Assembly (NCBI GenBank): GCA_008632985.1
Contig: QPGO01000112.1
Coordinates: 1-64,000, forward strand
From: Psammoneis japonica
Lineage: Eukaryota
DNA: 64,000 bases
Direction of reading: 5' to 3'
The notes beneath the pieces are model-generated. The model ran no database searches, was not told the origin of the DNA, and saw only the letters and a list, made by a program, of their open reading frames with translations. Both the position numbers and the translations under genes were made by a program. This document shows positions 13,200 through 26,954 of this stretch, in pieces; the first letter of the stretch is position 1, and the number at the start of each line of letters is the position of its first letter.

Positions 13200-16100
13200 G
13201 TTGCCTTCACATTGCAAGAACAAAGTCATTGAGAGCTTCCAGGCAAACCATGGCCATTGCAGCAACCAGGACAATTGCAACAAGCAGCACAGGAAACCTC
13301 AGGCAGAGGACTCCCTTTTGGTGACATTGACTTGTTGCCTTGTTGACATTTGCTCCAAAGAGTCAAGCACACTGCATTTGGTGCATGCGGCACTGACCTC
13401 CATTTGACCATTCAAAACAGGCAGGAAGCCTGCATCATGAGTGGCAGGGGAGGCAGATTCAGCACCAAAGGTTGAGGTGGTTGCCAAGGCAGGGGTGGCA
13501 GAGGCCAGAAGTCTTGCTGCAATGAGAGCAAGAAGACAAACCCCAAGAAGAGCTTCAAGCTAGAAACGAAGCTTCACCATTGTCGATGAACAGCAACTTG
13601 CACAATGAGACTTTTGAAGACATCAAGGAAAAGGTCATTGACCATGTGTGCAGAAAGAGTGCAAACAAGGTGCCTGTCTGGCAAGGTCCCCAGAGAACAT
13701 GGACTGCATGGACTTTGATGCAGAAAGTCTCACACTGCAGATGGCAGCAACAGTTTTGCCAGCACCAGGTGATGCCAACTGGCAGCAAATGGTCGACAAA
13801 AGAGCCTGAGAAGAAAGGCAACTCAAGCATGAGCACAAGATAAAACCACACAATCACAACAAAAAATTGAAGAAGCTTGAAGAAAACAAAACTGCAAAGT
13901 TTGCAGCAATCCCAGACAATTTTTGCACCAAGCAAATGAAGCAAAGAGTGCAGGAAGAGCCAACCCACAAAAAAATCAGGGATGACCCAATGATTGAGCT
14001 CTTGAAGCTGATCCACTGATTGCTTGTGTTTGACTCTGTGAGGGGTCCACACCTGTTCCACACACTTGCCAAGTGCCTGTTGCACACAGAGGAAGTGAAA
14101 CAGCATGAGGATGAGCCACTGAATGACTGCCTGTCAAGATTTAAGAATCAAAGAGATGCTGCAAGTGAAGGTCTTGGCAAGAAGATGTTGGGCAGATTCA
14201 TCATGAATGCCAAGGAGCACAAGGACTGCACCAACCCAGCAGGTGAGACAGCACTGACAGCCGCTGAATTCAAGACATGGACTGCACATTCATTCATGGA
14301 GAACAGTGACAACTGCTGCTGCAAGAGTCTCAAGAAGAGCCTGGTGAGAGACTGCAGCCCAGGGAGGGACCAGTGTCCCAAGACCCTCAAGAAGGCAATG
14401 GATGTTCTGCTGGACCATCTGAAAGACAACCCTTCACATGAGAGGTGGAGCAAGAAGATCAGCAAACGTCCAAACAACAAGAAAGAGGACAAATGGAATG
14501 ACAAACCTGAGAACCTGCAAGACCAGAGTCATGCACAGAGCACCGAGATGGCTTGCCATTGTTGTGGTGAGCCAAACCACAAATCTCCAGAATGCAGACT
14601 CAAGGACAAGATCCCACAGATTGGCTGGTTCAAGAAGACCAGCAAGGAGTCAGATGCCATGGGACACAGTCAATCACAGAGAGACAAAGACAACTTGTCA
14701 GTGAGAAGCAACAATGTTGGCATCAACACCCACAGACCAAATCAATTGGCAAGTTCTGGCAAAAGAAGCGTTGCACAGCATGGGTCACAAAAAGATGAAC
14801 AGGCCAAAGAAAGGTCAGAGACAAGTTTGAGCCAAGCCAATGTTGGCATCAAGTCAGATGAGATCATCCTTGACAATGGTTCTGCCCTTGGCATGGCAGC
14901 AAGCTGGAGTCCCCAGTGCACAATGTGAGACCAGCAAGGGTCAAGATTGACCTGTCCACAAATGCAGGAATGGACACTTTGGTTGAAGACTGGGCTGTGC
15001 CAGGATGAGGGGATGTGAAGCTTGGATTGTGAAAAGCGATGGCAAATGTCCCAAGTTTGAAGGATGTGAAGAGCAAGTGCTGCATTGCATGTGACAACAG
15101 GGCCACAGCGGATGAGCTCTGTCTGCTGGACAAGAAGTCTGGCAAGGAAGTTGCAGTGTTCAAAGATGATGACATTGGGCTGTGTGCATTTGCTCCAAGT
15201 CAGCAATTCCCTGACCACACAAAAGAACTGCAAGAAGAGATGAGCCACATGTGAGCATGCTGTTGAAGGAAAAAAAGGTTGCAAAGAAGGCTGACAAGAA
15301 GCACAGGAGGAGTGCATTGGGAGCTGTTGTTCTGGCTGTCAAACAGAGTGTGAAAGGCTGCACCAAACAGGAGGCAACGAGCACTGAGGATGCACTCAGA
15401 CCACATTGCAAGGCCAGAATGCACAGCACAAGGGACTTTAAACTTTTTTGGTCCAAACAGGTGAAAAACCCACCCATCATTTCTGAAGATGTGGACAGAA
15501 TGATGGCCATGTGGGGTCCACCGACTGATGCACTTAAAAGCAAGACCAAGCATGTGCATCATTCCTGTGTGAGGCACAATGTTGTTGCAACACCATCTGA
15601 GATTGTGAGAAGGAGAGAGAAGGCACAACCTTCCTCTGCATTGACACCATGGAAGTGTGCAGCATCAAGACACTGCACATGATTGACAAGATGATCAAGT
15701 GCAGATTGAGTGTGTGGCTGAGGTCCAAGAATTACAAAGATGTTTGTGAAGCCTTGGACATGATTTTCTGACAGCACAGCATGGCATCATTCAAGATTGA
15801 CTTTGTCAAGAGTGATCCTGAGTTCAAGGACATGCCAGTGGAATTGGCGGATGGTGTGAATCTGGAGCTGACATCTGCAAATGCCAAGGATCATGTTCCC
15901 AAAGTTGAGCAAAGCATCCAAACCATCAAGGGGTGAGCCCGCACTGCCACACACCACATGCCATGCAAAATGACACCTGAGTTGATGTGCAAGCAGCATG
16001 CCGTGATCAAAAACATTGTGGTGTTGAACATGCACCTGCAAAAGGAAGGGATTTCCAACACTTGCAGTCCACACTGTCATGCAATGAAGAAACCTCAACT

Positions 16101-18850
16101 GCAACAAACATCTGCCGCAGCTCAAATTTGGGGAACTTGTCATTTCCCATGTTGAAAATGACAAGACAAGTGCTGTGGAAGTGCCTGGTTTCGACAGTGT
16201 CCACCTGTGACCCCGGCCACTTTGACTTGCCCAAGGGTGGTCACTGCACTGTGAACCTGCACACGGGAAAGATGTTGAGCCCCTCTGTGTGATGCTGACT
16301 CAACTGCAGGGGTGGACAACAACAAAACCAAAAGCAACAGCAACAGTGATGATGACAGTGCAGCAAGTAAAAATGACAACACACACTGTGCAACTGAGTC
16401 AGAGAACAAAGACTGTGAAAACAAACCCAACTCAGATGATGAGTGCAAGAAGGCCAATGAGATGCTGGCCGATGAGTCCCAATCAACAGCACAAAGCTCA
16501 AGAGGAGCAAGAGGTCCAAGAAGACACAGAAAACAACAACCACTGTGAGAGCAAATGGATGAAGAACCAAACAAGATTCAAGATGGGAAAGTGAACAAAT
16601 GAAGGAAGAAGCAAAAGCTGTGTGCCAGGAAGAGTTGCAAGAGCCAAAACATCCTTCAACATGACATCACAGAGACACAAAGAAAAGAAAGTTTGGTTTG
16701 CAGGGGTGGCAGATGCCAAAAGGATGGTGAAGGAGCAATGCAAGCTTGAGTGCTGCCGCAATTTACAAGCTGACATGAGCCCCAATCCAAAGGATGATTT
16801 GGGGTGTGAGGTGGAAACAGCAGTGGAAATTGCACATTTCATGTGTGAGACAAATGTTGACTGACTCCACAGCAGAGAGAGCATGAGTTTTGTCCAGCAA
16901 CATCTGCTCCATGAAGGCCTCAAAGCACATCAACAGGAGTCACTCAAAAATGTTGCAAGAGTCACAATTGACATTTTGCATGAGGAAAAACACCCAGCAT
17001 TGTGGAAACGCACAAAATGTCATGCAAGAGGGTGATCAGAGCTGCTGACTTTGTGGGAGCTCAGCTGAAATGTCATCTGATCAAAGGCACTTTGGTTTGC
17101 ATGGTGAAGAGCAGTGCCTTTGATCAGATGACATTTCAATTGATTTCCTGAGAAGTTGACATTCATGTGTGGTTGGGCAGCAGACAGACTGACAATGATC
17201 ATTTCTGGTGCTCCTCTGCAGAATTTCCACGCAATGACTCTGAGGGCCACAATGACTCCTGTTGTGGCCAGAAGGGGCATGATGCCTCACAGAAAGAGAT
17301 TGAACAGTTGCGTTGCCAAGTGTGCTTTGCACACCAATGTCAGTCAAGGACATGACCCAGACTGAGAGGGCCAAGGCCATGGCAGCCTTGGTGTCCCTGA
17401 CTGAGAAACAAGATGGTCACACAAATGGGCGAATGGTCTACAATGCTGGTGAACCAACCCAAGAACAGCTGGACAAAGGTGAGTCAGCCAGCCCTGCTGC
17501 CCCCAGAAGGGATGCTCATGATGGCGATTGTTGACACCCATGAAGGACATGACAAAATGAGCTCCAACATTCTCGACACATTTCCAGACTGTGACACGCT
17601 GGAGCCTGGAGAAAGCAAAGACCAGATTGTGATGAAGATTGCAGGATTGCTTGTGGACATGCTTGTGAGCATTGATCCCAACCTGTGTGGACCTCATGTG
17701 GTTCTAGAGAAAGGCAATTGTGGAGTGCTTGTGGTGGTGTCTCTGCTGTGGTGCAACAAATTTCAAAAGACTTGCAAATGATGGGGTTCAAGTTCAACAC
17801 ATGTGATCCCTGCATTGCCAATTGCACAGTCAATGTCACACAGCACACAATCCAATTTCATGTGAATGACCTGTTGTTGAGCCACAAGAGCCCAAAAGCA
17901 AACAATGAGTTCCTGAGCTGGCTGAGCAAAATGTGTGGCAGCCATGGTGAAGTTGTTGCTGCACGAGGGAAGAGACATGACCATCTTGGTGTGACCCTGG
18001 ACTTCAGTCAAAATAGAAAACAAAAAGTTGACATGGCAAACTGTGTTTGCAAGATGATTGACCAGTTTCTGGAAAAGATGAAGAGCATGGACTTTGCTGT
18101 GACACCAGCCGGAGAGAAGACATTTGACACCAGTGGAACAAGATCACCAGATGAGAACGCCCAGACCTTCTGTGTGTGGGTGGCCAAGGGACTGCTCCTG
18201 TCCAGGAGAGGCTGAACAGACACACATCCCACTGTTGCTGCTTCATGCATGTGAGCAAGAGCTCCTGCCCACAAGGGTTGGTTGAAGCTGGTCAGTTGTC
18301 TCAAGCACCTGAACCAGACAAGAAACGAAGTTGCCAAATTGAGCATGAAAGACCTCCAAGAAGTTGTCAAGGTGTGGACGCATCATTTGCAGTGCACCCC
18401 AATTTCACAAGTCACACCAGAGAAGTTGTGACAACAGGCAATGGAGCAGTGCAGGCCATTTTGAAGCACCAGAAGCTCAACATCCAAAGCAGCACAAAAG
18501 CTGAACTTGTTGGAGTGGACGACACCATGACTGCGATGCTGTGGACAAAGCTCTTTGTGGAGCACCAAGGGCATCCAATCAACAAGAATGTCCTGCATCA
18601 GGACTACAAGAGTGCCATCCTGCTGGAGACCAATGGGCACAACAGTGCTGGCAAGTGATCTTGGGTGCTCAACATTTGGCATTTCTTTGTTGCCGATCAG
18701 ACCACAAAGGGAAACTTGCAAGTTCAGCACTGTCCTGCCAACAACGTGCTGGGGGACTTCATGACCAAGCCACTGCAAGGCAAGAAGTTCTGAAAGTTTA
18801 AACAAGCCATCATGGGCTGTCAACTTCAAGCACAGCAGGTGTGAGACCTG
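13200..18850 (+). mobile_element. Heavily degenerate Ty1/Copia retrotransposon (gag-pol remnants); boundaries approximate
   Basis: gag zinc knuckle CHCCGEPNHKSPEC, protease-like ILDNGS, RT (FNTCDPCIAN, FHVNDLL), RNase H (VDASFAVH, STKAELVGVDD, DFMTKPLQG); many stops and frameshifts; LTRs not identified. Confidence 0.8.
16931..17264. mobile_element. MITE-like element with 12-bp TIRs and internal 26-bp hairpin, inserted in the Copia
   Basis: TIR caacaggagtca / tgactcctgttg; perfect inverted arms 17066-17091 and 17113-17138; related copy in opposite orientation at 43902-44204. Confidence 0.8.
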
Positions 18851-19879
18851 TTCTTTGTGACATCAGATGAGAACTCTTGATGTGTGTGGGTGAACCATCC
18901 CTGACAAGTTCAATGTCCAGTGTGAACATGAGGCAACAAGAGCCTTGAGAGCTGTGTGCGCACATTGTTTGTGTCAAGAGATTGATGATCAACAAAAAGA
19001 GTCAACAACTGTGATGTCAGAGTGGGCACACAAGGTGATGGACAACTGCAAGTTTGTGTTGGGAGATGGCAATGACTGCCACACACAACAACAAACGTGG
19101 GGGCCATTGGAGTGGGTTTCATGATCTTGCAAAATTGAAACAGCATGAGAGATTGGCACGGTGCAATGCGAACATGTTCAAGAGTTGCATGAGAGCAACA
19201 TGTGGCGGGCAACATTCTGCCCCAGTCCTTGCATCCATTGCACCATTGACACATGTGAAGTCAAAAGTCCACATTGGAGAATGAGGATTGACAATCCAAA
19301 CCTGTGCACCCAGCATGGGGCATGGGGGGACAAGGGCTCATGGAGAAGCCTGTGTTAAAGAGGTGCCACAAAATGAAGAAATTGTCAGAGACCATGACAA
19401 ACATGGGTGTGAGTCAAGAAGTGATCGAACATCTTAACGCTGCTGCACCAATGTTCTCTGTTTTGGGCAACAAAGAGACATCATCTCTGACTGTTGAACA
19501 TGCCATCAATGCTCACAAGACCAATTTTGGCAAGTCCTTGGGGCCAATTCTGAGAGACAAAACAAGCGTGCTTGCATGAAAGGTCAATTGCCAGTCAACG
19601 TGCAGCATCTGGTGCCCAAATGGTGGGCGGAGGTGGGAGCAAGAGGAAAGGATTGCCCTCATCTCAACAACTGTGACACTGACATGCCAAGCTGCAAGTC
19701 AAACATCAGTTTTCCTGCATTTGGCATGAGCAAGAATGGGGTCTGTGGACCCCTCATGCACTCAAGGATCTCAATCCCATGAACAATCAAGAACAATTTG
19801 GGCTTGTTGTGGACGCCAAAGGAGCTGCACATGATGCCAGGCCTCCTCCCTGACAAGTGGTTCCCCACATGCTGGTGCC

Positions 19880-20830
19880 ATGCATGATGTGCTCTTGTGG
19901 CCCCATGTCTCATCTTTTCCCTGCTGCCAGCAACAGCAGCAGGGCTTCAACCCCCCAACTCCACATTGCAAATGCCCCATGATGGTGCCTGGCTGCCAAC
20001 TCAACAACTGCAAGCTGAGGGCACTGGTGGTGTCTGGAGCACCCCATCAAGCAACACTTTGAAAGCTGTGGCTGAGTGTTGTGCAAAGTTGATCATGTGA
20101 TCTTGCAGCCCTGTGTCACTTGTCTGCAATGGCAGGCCCTGCATCACTTGTCTACAATGGCAGCAGACTTGAATTTCTAAGCTCCAAAGTGAAAGGATCC
20201 CATGATGATGATGCCAACCAACTGACAACAACAAGCTGAGGGCATTGGCAGTCATCTCTGGTGGACCCCAGGTGGCACTTTGGGAGCCATGGTTGAGTGC
20301 TGCAAGGTTGATCTTGTGGAGTTGTGGCCCCACATCACCTCATCCCGACAGAAGAAGCAGACTTGAGCTGCCCAACTCAACAGCAAAAGGGCCCCATGGT
20401 GGCACCAGCCAACCCAACAACTGCAGCAAGCTGAGGGCACTGGCTGGTGGCACATCCAGTGTGCTGGACCCCAAGCAACACTTTAAGAGCTGTGGTTGAG
20501 CGCTGTGATGTTGTGGCACTGTGGCCCCATTTTACCTTGTTCCCAACAGCAGCTTGAGTTTCCAAACTCAAAAGTGGAGGGACCTGTGACAATGCCAACC
20601 AACCTGCTGATGGCAAGCTGAGGGCACTGGCAGTGTCTGGCAACCCCAGGTGACACTTTAAAAACCATGGTTGAGCAGATCAAGGTTGATCTTGTGGTGT
20701 TCTCATGCAGCCTTGTTCCCAACAGCAGCGCACTTAATTTTCCAAACTCCAGAGTGAAAGAACACCATGGCAGCACTGGCCAAGAACCTGACAACAGCAA
20801 CCTGACAACAGCAAGCTGAGGGCAGGCCCC
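19880..20830. repeat. Degenerate tandem array, ~200-bp period, about five units
   Basis: caagctgagggca recurs near 20011, 20233, 20427, 20614 and 20812 with similar flanks. Confidence 0.75.
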
Positions 20831-22705
20831 AAGCCCCAAGTGACAATTTCATGTTGCCGACTGTTCTTTTTGGCTGGTGACATTGCTGTTAGTTGGCACT
20901 CTTGTGCACAGCAGGTGCTTTTTGGGCCATTGCAACTCATCCAAACTGTTGTTGACAAACTGTGCATCATGTTGAGTGATGGCAAATGCCCAAAATGTGC
21001 GTCCAACAAAAGGGTTTGGGTCAACTGTTGCTGTTTTGCCTTTCACACCTGCAGCTGGCACAGTCACAGCTCAATCTTGAAGGTGTGAGGGACTTCTTGA
21101 GACAAGGCTCCTTTGAGGGGCAAAAAAGGCACGCAGCTGTCCTTTGATTTGGCTGCAAGTGCCAAAGGTGCCACCCAATTTATTGAAGAACACCTCCTCC
21201 TCAAGCATTTCTCCACCTCATTCTGGGTCGATTGCATGGTCACAACAGAGCCAAGCAGATGGGCACAACTTTGGATGAGCTCTTGTTTTCAACATGTGGA
21301 ACCACCTCCCACAAAAGCCATGACATTTTTCCTGCCACAATTTTTGCTTGCAACTTTTGTGCATTTTTTGCACTGGGAACTCAATTGTTGGAGGCAAACC
21401 TGAATTTTTGTTTAGAACATGCTGGATTTGTGACTTTGGGTGAGCCAGCATTGCAAAGTTGTTTGTGAGACAAACAGCACACAGAAGCCCAGCCAAATGA
21501 GTTTGCAAAAACAGGACATTTGTGGAAAAGAAGCTGCAACCACAAATGCAAGAATTGCAGTGGCCACTCAGTGTTTTCTCCTTGCAAAGTGTGGAAACAT
21601 GTTGGCTCTTCTTTTTTCTTTGTTGGCCACTTTTGGACTGATTTGTTGACCTTGGAGCTGCTGCCCTTGGATTTCCACCTTGGATTCCTTGAGATTGCAC
21701 AAGAGGGTCTGAGCATCATGCAGCAAGTCATGGATGCTGTCTGCCCCTTTCTCTCCAGACCAGGTTGTTTGCACAGCTGCAAATCATCATTGCGTGGTTG
21801 GAAGGCTGCAACCTTCCACCATTGCTCTTTGCTGTTGCTCAGCAGCAGCATTTTTCTGCCTCTTTTGTGACACTTGAGCTGTGCCAGCAAAGATTTCAAT
21901 GCCTCAAATGTGGCTTGATGTCTGGCTTGGGACCTCTGAAAAGCAACTTGACATGCAATGCACTCCCCAAGTTGAGAACAACTGTGCAATTTGAGCTTGT
22001 CACAAGCCTTGGATGAGCCAGAATGTTCCATGGTGCTCTTTTAGATGCAATGACCTGAAACAAGTTGTGGGTGCCATCCTCCACCTTTTCCCTGGCTTTT
22101 TTGAATGGCAGAAGTCAGAAACAAGGAGAGGCAGCAAGGAGAGTTCCTCTCTCCTTGTCTCTCACTTCCTGTCCAAAACAATTCATTGAGTGAAAAGTCT
22201 TTTGCTGCCTTGTGAGCAGGGCGCCATTGTGAGAAATTGGAGGTGCAAACTTTGGTGCTTGTGTTGCCACCTGACAATGACCAAGCAGCTTTCAGCACTG
22301 CTTTTGTGCTCTTCTCACCATGCTCATCCCAACCCCAGTGCTCAAAAACAGCTTCAAACTTTTTTAAAAAACGAGATTAGAGGCAGCCATTTCTGACAGC
22401 AAAGCAACATGCCCCATTTTTTGCACTCAAAGCATGTTGTTGATTGTGCGACACTTGCCAGAAAAGGACACACATGCTGCCATTTGCCAAGCACAATCAT
22501 CTGGTTCTTTCTCAATGCAAGTGCAGTCAACTGCAGTGCAAACACTGGAGAAACAATGACAAAGCACAAAACAGCAGCTGTGCAGTTGCAAGCACCCAAT
22601 GTGCTGACTGGAAAATGGTGCAGTGTGCAGATCATCAACAGATCATGTGTGCAGTGTGTTTGTGCTGAAAGAATTGTGAAGGGTGACAAAAAAGGCTGCA
22701 CAACA

Positions 22706-23220
22706 TGATGGAAGAGCTCATTTCTCATGTGCTTGGAAAGCACTCCAGCTGTCAAACTGTTGCAATGGATCAAATGAAACATGGGTCAGGACATTTTTTA
22801 TCCTTTGCTGCACTTGCACATCTCATGCAACATGGGCCACTTGCCTGTGGCAACAAGACCTTCTTTTGTGTCATGTTCTTCAGAGTCCACCACATGTCAG
22901 CAAATGGAAAAGCAAACCAAGGTTGACCACAATGTTTGCTGGGCAGCTTTGCAAAACACAGCACTGACAATGGAGCTGATTTTTTATGTGCTTTGAAAGC
23001 ACTCCAGCCATTGAGCTGTTTTGTGACAGATCAAACAAAACATGAGCCGTGCCATTTTTTGTCCTTTCTTGCTCTTGCACAATGTGCAACACTGCTTGAC
23101 AAGGGCAACAAGACCTTCTTTTGTGTCATGTTCAGAGTCTGCCACATCAGCCAGTGGACAAGCAAACCAGGGTCAACCACAATGTTCATTGGCACTGCGA
23201 CAAAACCCAGCACTGACAAT
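22706..23220. repeat. Degenerate ~255-bp tandem duplication
   Basis: aaagcactccagc at ~22737 and ~22996; gcaacaagaccttcttttgtgtcatgttc at ~22850 and ~23105. Confidence 0.75.
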
Positions 23221-25709
23221 GTTGTTGCAGTTGCTGCACAAGTGGCTGAAAGCTGCTGATCTCTTTTTCTGATGCACTTGTGCTGGTGGCACACACCATC
23301 CAGGGACAAGTGTGCACATTGTGCCAGCCTTTTTCTGTTGGTGTGTTGGCATGTTTTTTGTTGTCACAAGAGCCAAGAAAATGTGAGCCCCGCCATCTGC
23401 CACAAATTCAGCCAGTGCCAAAAAATGTGCAAGAGTGCGCATGCAAACGTCCAAAAGCATTTTGCCTGGAGCTGGAGCGTGCACCCCCACCCACCTGCTG
23501 GCTCTCATTTTCTTCAACAGGAAGGACCAGCTGAAACTCAAGCAGCTTCTGGCACCCAAGCTGAAGCCATTGCTGCATGTTTTTCTTTTTTGTCAAGAGC
23601 AAAAAGCCCTCCCCCCCCTCCCAAAACAATCTCTTTTTGGCATGGGCCCTGCCAGCTTGAAAGAGTCCCCTGGTGCTGTTGCCAACTTCCTTGACAGAAC
23701 GGCTCCTGCCAGCGCTCTTTGTCACTGCCTGCCTTGTCTCTTTGGACTTGGCTTGAGCAGCAGCATGCCCACCCACCCATTGGCAGCAGCTTCTAGACCT
23801 GAGTTGTCTCTTTGATCATTTTGTTCACTGGTGCCTTGGTTCTTTGGGACAATCACTGGCCTGCCAGCAGCACCTCAGTCATTTCTGAGGGGCTCTGTCT
23901 CCTGCCCCAAACATGTTTCTTGAGCAAAATTTCTTTGCCAGATTCTTTGCTCAATGAGCTGAAGAACTTGGACCCTTGTCAGATGCTTTCTTCAAGCAAG
24001 AAATGTCCCTCCTTGCAGGGTTCTTGTTTCAACCCTCAGACCTTCAAACTTCATTTCTGTTCAACCATTCTTTTGTTTTTCCTTCCATTGCTGGGCACTC
24101 TTGACAATGTTTGTTGACCTCGTGCCATTGTCAAACAGTTTCTTTGACAACTTTGTCAACCTTGGGCTCATCAACCTTGGGTTCATTGACCCTGCTGGCT
24201 TCTTCCACCACAGCTGTTCTGACCCCCAGATCATGCAAGAAAACATGAAAATGTGTGAAGAGTCATGGACACTGACTCGCTGTGGAGGGCAACCCGGACC
24301 TTTGTTTCAAATGTGCTGCGCTCAAGCTCCCACTTCACAGTGCTCCCATGTTTTTGTTGGTTTTGAATGTTTGATCTTGGAAGTTTGCTTGTCTTTTGCA
24401 GAGCTGTGAAAAGGAGTGTGTTGCACAGGTCAACCATGGCTTCATTTGTCTGTTCTGGCTGCTGCCCTGTTGCTTCCTGCAAACCACCAACCCAGCTCAT
24501 CAACACATTCTGCAGTTCAAGTTACACAAACACAACATCAGTTTCCAGACATCTGAATGATTCTTAAAGCAACACTGTTTCACCTGGCATTGAACATTTG
24601 AAATGACAGCTCAGCCATCAAGCTTGGCCCATGCCAGAAAAGGGCCAATGTGGAGAACACAGTGTCAGCAATTTCATGTTGGTGCATTGTGGATGCCTTT
24701 GAGGCACCCTGCACACAAAACCAAAAGAGTTGGAGTCAGAAGTGTCTTTCCACAAATGAGTGCAAGCCATGGCACCCAACAATTGTGAACTTCAGTGGCT
24801 TTGTGACTGCAACTTTGCGGCATCTCTGGTTGTTCATGCGACTGGCGCTGGTCCGACATCGTGGATGCTGTGCAGATCGTGGTTCAAGCAGCTTTAAATC
24901 ATTTTGTGCGCTCGAATGAAATCGAGAAATCCAACTTTTTCTCGCCCAAGAGGACTGGCCAGTTTACGATAGCACCTTGTTGCACAGCCTCAAACTAGGA
25001 GAAGGCTTTGCTATGGCAATCGTTTCAGTTCACTTGTCTCCCAAACGGCACTTATTCTTCTGGGCCGTCGTCGCAAGGTCTCTTTCCACGCACCAGCGGT
25101 CCCCATGTGATGCCGAGTGGCAGACACGTGTCCACCAAACGTGAACGTTTTGAACCAACAACAAACTTTGTACCACCCGATTTATGATGCAGAAACTGTG
25201 GCATTGTACAATGTAAGCAAAGCAGTGAACGATTCATGGTTCTGCATGAACGCCGGCAGAGAAAGTGTTCGAAACGTGCAGCTCGAAGCATTGACGAGAT
25301 GACGGGGTCAGATCATTTTGAGGGATAGAGCCACAAACGTGTCTCGTCTGACACAGCTCTTTCTCTTTTCCTTGTTGCTCCCACTGTGATGTTGTACAGG
25401 TATATCGCTGGATTGTAGATCTGTGGCAAGAATGCCATCAGCACGCTACCCGAACAGCAACAGTAAGACCGCATTGGCCGGCCCTCCAAATCCATGCGCA
25501 TTGAAAGCTTTGTGCGCTTTAACAGGCGACATTTCTCTGAGTCGATATCATTGGCCCGTGCCGGAATGTGATGCCTCCAAGACAATGTAGTCCTCAAGTA
25601 TCACCCAATACGATCCTCCGAGGTATTGGTTCTTGATCTGAATCGAACACGGGCAAGAATTGTGAAAAGGTAGGCTAGTGATTAAGGCTGCGTTACTGTC
25701 ATTGCTCAG

Positions 25710-25910
25710 TAGCATTCTAAGTTTATGGTTCGGTTACAATGGGATGCATCGATCGATCTTGCTTTGTTGCGTTGCGTGCACTTGGATTTCGTTTCTTCAT
25801 CGAGGCGTTAGCATTCTAAGTTAATGGTTGGGTTACAATGGGATGCATCGATCGATCTTGCTTTGTTGCGTTATTGCTCGCACTTGGATTTCGTTTCTTC
25901 ATCGAGGCGT
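25710..25910. repeat. ~100-bp direct tandem duplication
   Basis: tagcattctaagtt...cttcatcgaggcgt present twice, nearly identical, TA retained. Confidence 0.9.
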
Positions 25911-26954
25911 CATGTCGCGATGTAGCGGATAGTTACGTGCACTGGTTTTGTGCTATAGTTTCAAGTTGATATTTTAACTGCAAGCAAAAAATAACAATTC
26001 CCAGCAATGGCGTTCACTTCTTGTTCATCGTTTTGGCTAACATACGGAAGCTTCCCCGAGGGTAGCTCTTGAAATGTTAGATACTTTGATGATTTGTGTC
26101 TGGCAGTGTCAAGGAGCGGTTCTCGAGGGGTAGACTCGCTTGGAGCATCATCACAACAACGGCTTGACCATATCATACACCACAACCCCTTGTAGAGTGT
26201 CTTTAAATGTGCCTGGTCCGGCAGAGGTAAGCAGTGCTTGTGCATGTCGATATCGTCCAACGTTAGAGAAGAAACGGGGGTTGCACCTACATCAGAAGGC
26301 AACATTCTTTCATTTCGTCGATGCATCACATGCCGAGTCCTTTCCTCCCCGTTGGCGCATCCCCCCAAACAAAACTCGAAGCCAAACCCCTCCCCAACAC
26401 TTCCGATGTCTTGACTGAATCCTCCCCATCCATCACGGCAGCCTCCTTGTACCCAAAGAGACTTCGCAGCACAAGTTTGCAAAGTTTTTTGAATGCCGTT
26501 ATGTCACCAGAGCGTAATAGAGACATCCAGTTTGTCGAGTTTCAAACCGCAGTCCTGAAATCTTCAGTCCAAGATTGCTTATCAATCCACGTTCCAACGA
26601 TCTATGCTGACTGGACGATATCACTGTTGACAACAATGCTACAATGTTCCAAGACCGCGACATGAAACACGATACGGTATGTGGTAGATCAACATCGAAA
26701 TACGATCTTGCGTCCTATCCTCATCTTGCTTGGTCGCACTTCTTTTCTGGGACTGTAGACTGTACTGTACGGTTGTTTACTCCGGCACACAGTGCCCCCA
26801 CCATTTCTTTGAGAGCGATAGCTAGACTCTACTCTGTCTAAAGAAGTACATACTGTATCCACGCACTACTTATGAACTTACGGGGCTTCGAGGTCGGATA
26901 GCGTTTAAATCGCGGTCTTACTGTAACTCACTGCCAGTGTTGCATTGCGCCTGT

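Noticed and set aside
20850..24800. Possible DNA-transposon coding remnants on the minus strand
   Set aside because: Too degenerate to assign a family by eye.
11180..24900. Dozens of Cys/His/Gln-rich ORFs on all six frames
   Set aside because: By-product of TAA/TAG loss and TG/CA saturation; no coherent domains apart from the Copia remnants.
24960..26700. Possible host gene remnants in short ORFs
   Set aside because: No recognisable motif or consistent exon structure.
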